A DNA stretch of 48,351 nt, taken from assembly GCA_964523515.1 (NCBI GenBank), contig CAZFZP010000002.1:333-48683 (forward strand). The letters are read 5' to 3'. Under the pieces are notes generated by a model, which was not told the DNA's origin, searched no databases, and saw only the letters and a list, made by a program, of their open reading frames with translations. The stretch comes from an uncultured Gammaproteobacteria bacterium. GTDB lineage: Bacteria > Patescibacteriota > Microgenomatia > Daviesbacterales > UBA10151. Of the stretch, positions 43,716-48,351 are shown one piece after another; position 1 is the first letter of the stretch; each line of letters begins with the position of its first letter. The translations under genes and the position numbers were made by a program.

Positions 43716-44945
43716 ATGTTGGATATAAATTTTATAAGGGAAAATCCTGATCAAGTTAAAAAAGGTATTGAGAATAAAGGTTATTCTACCGCTAGTGTTG
43801 ATGAAGTATTGAATCTGGATAAGAAGTTGAGGGAACTAGTTGGGCAGGTTAATTCTTTAAGGGCAGAACGCAATAATGCCGCTTCTTCAAAAAATATAGA
43901 AAAAGGCAAAGAGATTAAAAGTAAATTACCAGTTCTGGAGAAAGAATTAGAAAAAGTTAGAATTGAGTTTATAGAAAAATTAAGTGCAATTCCTAATTTG
44001 CCTTTTGATGATGTCCCAGTTGGCCGCGGTGAGCAAGATAATAAAGTTATAAAAGAAGTAGGGGAAATAAAAAAACCTGATTTTAGTCCAAAAGATCATG
44101 TAGAAATTGGAGAAATTTTGGATATTATTGACTTTGAAAGAGGCAGTAAAGTGGCAGGAGCTGGATTTTATTATTTAAAAAATGAGGGGGCAATTTTAGA
44201 GTTGGCTTTAGTCCAATATGGACTAAATTTTTTAAGAGAAAAAGGATATCAATTAATTATTACTCCGGATTTAGCCAAAGAAAAATATTATTTAGGAACT
44301 GGATTTTTGCCAAAAGGCCCAGAAGCTCAAATTTATAAAATAGAAGAAAGTAATTTAGGATTAATTGCCACATCTGAGGTAACTTTAGCAGGATTTCACA
44401 GCGATGAAGTTATAGAAGTCTCTAAAAAATATGCTGGATATTCACACTGTTTTAGAATAGAAGCTGGAGGATATGGCAAATATTCTAAGGGTTTATATAG
44501 AGTCCATCAGTTTACTAAAGTAGAGATGTTTGTTTATTCATCAATAGAGGATTCAAAAAAAATACATGAAGAATTGCTTCAACTGGAGGAAGAATTTTGG
44601 CAAAGTTTAGAGATTCCTTACAGGGTTTTGGAAATGTGTACAGGAGATTTAGGAGCCCAAGCTGCAAAAAAATATGATTTAGAAGCATATATGCTGGGCC
44701 GGGGAGAATATGGAGAAGTAACTTCTACTTCTAACACGACTGATTATCAAGCCAGAAGACTAGGAATTAGATACCGCAGTGATGGGGAAAACGAATATGT
44801 TCATACTTTAAATGGAACTTTGGTTGCTACATCCAGGGCAATAATTGCCATTTTAGAAAATTTTCAACAAGAGGATGGTTCTGTAAAAATCCCAGAAGTG
44901 CTGCAAAAATACACTGGTTTTTCTGAAATTAGACTTAAAAAATGA
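43716..44945 (+). CDS. serS: serine--tRNA ligase
   Basis: MLDINFIREN, an N-terminal coiled coil, and class II motifs (FRIEAG, RVHQF.KVE, NGT.VA.SR). Confidence 0.9.
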   Translation: MLDINFIRENPDQVKKGIENKGYSTASVDEVLNLDKKLRELVGQVNSLRAERNNAASSKNIEKGKEIKSKLPVLEKELEKVRIEFIEKLSAIPNLPFDDVPVGRGEQDNKVIKEVGEIKKPDFSPKDHVEIGEILDIIDFERGSKVAGAGFYYLKNEGAILELALVQYGLNFLREKGYQLIITPDLAKEKYYLGTGFLPKGPEAQIYKIEESNLGLIATSEVTLAGFHSDEVIEVSKKYAGYSHCFRIEAGGYGKYSKGLYRVHQFTKVEMFVYSSIEDSKKIHEELLQLEEEFWQSLEIPYRVLEMCTGDLGAQAAKKYDLEAYMLGRGEYGEVTSTSNTTDYQARRLGIRYRSDGENEYVHTLNGTLVATSRAIIAILENFQQEDGSVKIPEVLQKYTGFSEIRLKK

Positions 44946-45733
44946 TTATAGATGCTCATGCCCATATCGGCGAGATGAACCGTAAAAATTGGACTGCTGA
45001 TCAACTAATTGCTGCTATGGATGAAGCAGCTATAGATTATTCCCTGGTCATTGCATATGGTAGTAGTGGTGAACCATCTTCTACGGAGAAAATAATTGAA
45101 GCCTGTAAGAATTTTGATCGTTTAAAAGTGATTGGTAATGTAGATTTTTCAACTTTTGATGCACAACAACTGAGTAATTTAATCTGTCATCTAAAGGAAA
45201 AGAAAATCTATGGTGTAAAATTTTATTTAGGATATGATGAATATCTGGCCGCAGATCCCAAGCTATTTCCTTTATATGAATTTTGCCAAGAAAATGGATA
45301 TCCGGTAATTTTTCATACAGGAGTATTGGAAACGGGATTTTCTGGTTTGTTAAAATATTCTCACCCTTTAAATGTAGATGAAGTAGCTAACAAATTTCCT
45401 AATCTAAAAATAGTTATTGCTCATATGGGTAATCCTTGGATTTTAGATTGTCTTGCAGTAGTTTTAAAAAATCCTAATGTGTATGTAGATTGTTCTGCCT
45501 ACTTTACAGAATATAAACCAATTAAAGAAGAAGATGTAGGGGTTTTTATAAAGCAATTAACAGATGCTAAAGTCTTTATAGGCGATTTTAAGAGATTTCT
45601 CTTTGGAACTGATTGGCCTTTGTATAATCAGAAAGAATATCTTGAAGCTGTTAAAGGGTTACCAATGACTGATGAAGAAAAAGAATTAGTTTTTTGGAAA
45701 AATGCAAAAGAAGTTTTTAATTTAAAGATGTGA
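44942..45733 (+). CDS. TIM-barrel metal-dependent amidohydrolase-family protein
   Basis: MIIDAHAHIG, FHTG, IAHMG and GTDWP metal-ligand pattern. Confidence 0.7.
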   Translation: MIIDAHAHIGEMNRKNWTADQLIAAMDEAAIDYSLVIAYGSSGEPSSTEKIIEACKNFDRLKVIGNVDFSTFDAQQLSNLICHLKEKKIYGVKFYLGYDEYLAADPKLFPLYEFCQENGYPVIFHTGVLETGFSGLLKYSHPLNVDEVANKFPNLKIVIAHMGNPWILDCLAVVLKNPNVYVDCSAYFTEYKPIKEEDVGVFIKQLTDAKVFIGDFKRFLFGTDWPLYNQKEYLEAVKGLPMTDEEKELVFWKNAKEVFNLKM

Positions 45734-45741
45734 CATTGAGT

Positions 45742-46662
45742 CTATTGTGTCTCTTGTTGTCTTTGTCTGAGTAGTTCTGCAGCAGAAGTGGCTTGTCCGG
45801 TTCCATTAGATTCAGTCAAATCTCCAAATCCAGATGAGGTAGTCGCAGCAGCTGGTGAAGATTGTGGTTTTGGAGTGGCTGCAGGTAGAGTTTTTGATCC
45901 ACTCCGTTGAGTTTGTTGGGTGGCTGGTAAACTAGTTGTTTCCGGTGTTTGTCCAATACCTAATATAAAATAAGCAGAAGCTCCTGCAACAGCAACTAAA
46001 AGTCCTACTCCCAAACCCAGGATCCATCTAGGAATCTTATTATTACTGTCAGCAGTTGGGATACTCGGTGTAGTATCTCCTCCGTTTTGAGGGACTATTA
46101 AAGTTTCAGGTTGAGTGAGTGGTGAAGGATCCACATAATTATCAGTAGGAATTGTAGCTGTATTAGGTTCTATTAAATGAGAAAGGTCGGTTGGGGCTGG
46201 TTCTAAAAGTGTAGGTGCAGCTTGAGTTTCAGGTTGAGGGCTTAAATCCGGCATAGGGGGTAAATTTGTAGATGTAGATGGATTATTCCAGTCTGGAGAG
46301 GGTGGTATAACAGCTTCAGATGGAGTAGTGGCAATTGGAGTTAATTCCGGCATTGATGGAGGTGTTAAGGGAGTAGAATCAATAGGTGGTAAACCTGGAG
46401 GAACAGGCATAGGTTCAGGGGTTGGAGAAATATCTAAAGCTGGTGTTGATGTAGGATTTGGTACTGCCGGTGAAGGAGTTAAGACAGTATCTGAAGGCCA
46501 GCTAGAAACAGCTGGAGCTGGCGGTGCAACCGGTTCGATAGTAGCTGTGGGAGTTGGGTCAGGCGTTGGAGTAGGAGGTAAGGTGTCCTGATTTACTGGA
46601 GTGGTAAAAAGTGAACTTAAATCCGGTTGAGTTGGATTTTGGGGATCATTTGAATTATTCAT
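45742..46662 (-). CDS. Pro/Thr-rich low-complexity protein with a single C-proximal TM helix
   Basis: Start trimmed to MNNSNDPQNP (ATG 46662); the track extension runs antisense through the secA start. TM segment is WILGLGVGLLVAVAGASAYFILGIG. Confidence 0.55.
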   Translation of the reverse strand: MNNSNDPQNPTQPDLSSLFTTPVNQDTLPPTPTPDPTPTATIEPVAPPAPAVSSWPSDTVLTPSPAVPNPTSTPALDISPTPEPMPVPPGLPPIDSTPLTPPSMPELTPIATTPSEAVIPPSPDWNNPSTSTNLPPMPDLSPQPETQAAPTLLEPAPTDLSHLIEPNTATIPTDNYVDPSPLTQPETLIVPQNGGDTTPSIPTADSNNKIPRWILGLGVGLLVAVAGASAYFILGIGQTPETTSLPATQQTQRSGSKTLPAATPKPQSSPAAATTSSGFGDLTESNGTGQATSAAELLRQRQQETQ

Positions 46663-46686
46663 GGGCAAATTATATCTATATAAATT

Positions 46687-46733
46687 AGTGTAAAGAAAAT
46701 ACATTTGCTTGTCAATGATTCGAAAGTTATAAT
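46687..46733. promoter_or_regulatory. divergent promoters for the Pro-rich gene (-) and secA (+)
   Basis: Minus strand: TTGACA(46715-10)-17 nt-TACACT(46692-87). Plus strand: TTGCTT(46705-10)-17 nt-TATAAT(46728-33), then 11 nt to ATG 46745. Confidence 0.45.
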
Positions 46734-46744
46734 TAAACCTCAAT

Positions 46745-48232
46745 ATGCTAGGAATATTTGGTAAATTATTAGATTCAAATGAGCGGGAGATTGGTAAACT
46801 TAAAAAAATTGTAGATAAAGTAAATGATTTGGAAAAAAAGATTTCCAAACTAACTAATAAGTCCTTACAAGAAAAATTTACAGAGTTTAAAAGAAAATAT
46901 AATAAAGGTGCTAGTTTAGATGATTTGCTTCCTGAAGTTTTTGCCACTGCCCGTGAAGCAGCCAAACGTCAGTTAGGTGAACGTCATTTTGATGTTCAAT
47001 TGATGGCTGCCACTGCTTTGCATCAAGGTAAAATTGCTGAGCAAAGGACTGGAGAAGGTAAAACTTTATCTGCTGTTCCGGCAGTATTTTTAAATGCTAT
47101 TACTGGAAAAGGTATGCATGTAATAACAGTTAATGATTATTTAGCTAAAAGGGATTGTGGTTGGATGGGACCAATTTATCATAGCTTGGGTGCTAGTGTG
47201 GCTACTATAGTTCATGATGCTGCTTTTATTTATGATCCTAGGTTTAAAGACCCTGTACATGAAGATAAAAGGTTGCAGCATTTAAAATCCATTAGCAGAA
47301 AAGAAGCTTATCAGGCTGATATTACTTATGGTACTAATAACGAGTTTGGTTTTGATTATCTGCGGGATAATATGGTTTTAAGGTTATCTGATAAGGTTCA
47401 AAGGGGGCATTTTTTTGCCATTGTGGATGAGGTAGATTCTATTTTAATTGATGAAGCTAGGACTCCTTTAATTATTTCTGCTCCAGCTCAGGAGCCTACT
47501 GAAAAATACCAAAAGGCCTTCAAAATTATTGAAGCACTTTCCTCTGCCACTGACTATGTCATGGATGAAAAGCAAAAGAGTGCACATTTAACAGAACACG
47601 GAGTATTAAAAGTAGAAAAATTATTGGGTGTTGATAATTTATATGAAAAAGATTTTTCTACTTTACATCATTTGGAACAAGCTTTAAAGGCTAAAACCTT
47701 ATTCCAGAAAAACCGCGATTATGTAGTAAGGGATGGAGAGGTTGTAATTGTAGATGAATTTACCGGTAGATTGATGTTAGGCAGAAGGTTTTCCGAAGGA
47801 TTACATCAGGCTATTGAGGCTAAAGAAGAAGTACAGATACAACAGGAGAGTCAAACTTTAGCTACAATTTCTTTGCAGAATTATTTCAGGATGTATGAAA
47901 AGTTGGCCGGAATGACTGGAACTGCTGCTACAGAAGCAGAAGAGTTTAGCAAGATTTATAAAATGGATGTGGTAGTAATTCCAACCAACAGATCAATGGT
48001 CAGAATTGACCATGCGGATACAATTTATAAAACCCAGACAGCTAAATATACTGCGGTGGCTAATTTAGTGGCAGAATTAAATGAAAAAGGGCAGCCGGTG
48101 TTGGTGGGTACAACTTCTATAGAGAAAAATGAATTCCTATCTGATTTATTAAAACACAAGGGTATCTCCCATGCCATTTTAAATGCCGTTGTCCAGTCAA
48201 TCCTGCTTGTTGTGATTTTTTCTTCCAGATAA
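46745..48232 (+). CDS. secA: preprotein translocase ATPase SecA, N-terminal ~480 residues only; homology ends abruptly at 48187
   Basis: Canonical SecA through NBD1/PPXD/NBD2 ([57 protein letters not shown]). The last 14 codons ([14 protein letters not shown]) are not SecA-like. Confidence 0.85.
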   Translation: MLGIFGKLLDSNEREIGKLKKIVDKVNDLEKKISKLTNKSLQEKFTEFKRKYNKGASLDDLLPEVFATAREAAKRQLGERHFDVQLMAATALHQGKIAEQRTGEGKTLSAVPAVFLNAITGKGMHVITVNDYLAKRDCGWMGPIYHSLGASVATIVHDAAFIYDPRFKDPVHEDKRLQHLKSISRKEAYQADITYGTNNEFGFDYLRDNMVLRLSDKVQRGHFFAIVDEVDSILIDEARTPLIISAPAQEPTEKYQKAFKIIEALSSATDYVMDEKQKSAHLTEHGVLKVEKLLGVDNLYEKDFSTLHHLEQALKAKTLFQKNRDYVVRDGEVVIVDEFTGRLMLGRRFSEGLHQAIEAKEEVQIQQESQTLATISLQNYFRMYEKLAGMTGTAATEAEEFSKIYKMDVVVIPTNRSMVRIDHADTIYKTQTAKYTAVANLVAELNEKGQPVLVGTTSIEKNEFLSDLLKHKGISHAILNAVVQSILLVVIFSSR

Positions 48233-48351
48233 TTTTATTTGTTGAACCTATTTTGTTTTCCATGGCTTCTTGAAATGCTGAAACCAGAGTTTCCTGGCTC
48301 TGACCGGAAACAAATGTATCCGGAAATGACTTATCTATATTTGCCCATTCA

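Noticed and set aside
46728-46745. TTGTCA (46709-14) as the secA -35.
   Set aside because: It would give only 13 nt of spacing to TATAAT. TTGCTT at 46705-10 gives the canonical 17 nt.
1-48351. Alternative genetic code (UGA recoding, as in some CPR lineages), CRISPR arrays, and rRNA genes.
   Set aside because: TGA terminates conserved genes at the expected positions, with ATGA/GTGA-type start/stop overlaps. No direct-repeat/spacer arrays or rRNA-like stretches were seen.

Overview
AT-rich, very gene-dense bacterial chromosome segment of about 60 genes. It uses the standard code, since TGA acts as a stop in well-conserved genes. Content is mostly housekeeping: secD/secF, cca, recJ, a Rel-type (p)ppGpp synthetase, aspS (short archaeal type), gltX, lysS, serS, typA and greA. 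There is also a ~7-kb sugar-phosphate supercluster: ROK kinase, cupin-type PGI, rpiB, rpe, split transketolase, PfkB kinase and a LacD-type class I aldolase. Other genes include trxB, a D-Ala-D-Ala carboxypeptidase, an L,D-transpeptidase, nrdR-nrdJ (B12 class II RNR) with cobO nearby, lon, an H+-PPase with the K+-independent signature, secA, and two tRNAs (Gln-CUG, Glu-CUC; neither encodes CCA). Small proteins, archaeal-type or split enzymes and many orphan membrane-anchored ORFs suggest a reduced-genome Patescibacteria/CPR (Microgenomates-like) organism; this is inference only. No rRNA or CRISPR array was seen. Several structures are not explained by the ORF track. (1) Two paralogous ~735-bp IS200-like units, each a RAYT-type Y1/HUH transposase bracketed by its own hairpin repeat, with the promoter embedded in the hairpin region. 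(2) A pattern of sigma70-like promoters placed 6-9 nt before start codons, implying leaderless first genes, including mirror-symmetric fully overlapping divergent promoters. (3) A promoter/terminator-bounded ~150-nt mini transcription unit with a Leu-rich 32-codon ORF and alternative GGGAGG/CCUCCC pairings. (4) A CIRCE-like operator at lon and tandem NrdR boxes at nrdR. (5) A GTCATTCTGA hairpin repeat sitting in-frame inside gltX. (6) An adjacent pair of orphan peptidase-like genes, one apparently without catalytic residues. (7) secA loses homology abruptly after the LNA(K) motif near the window end. All calls come from manual reading and motif recall; no searches were run.
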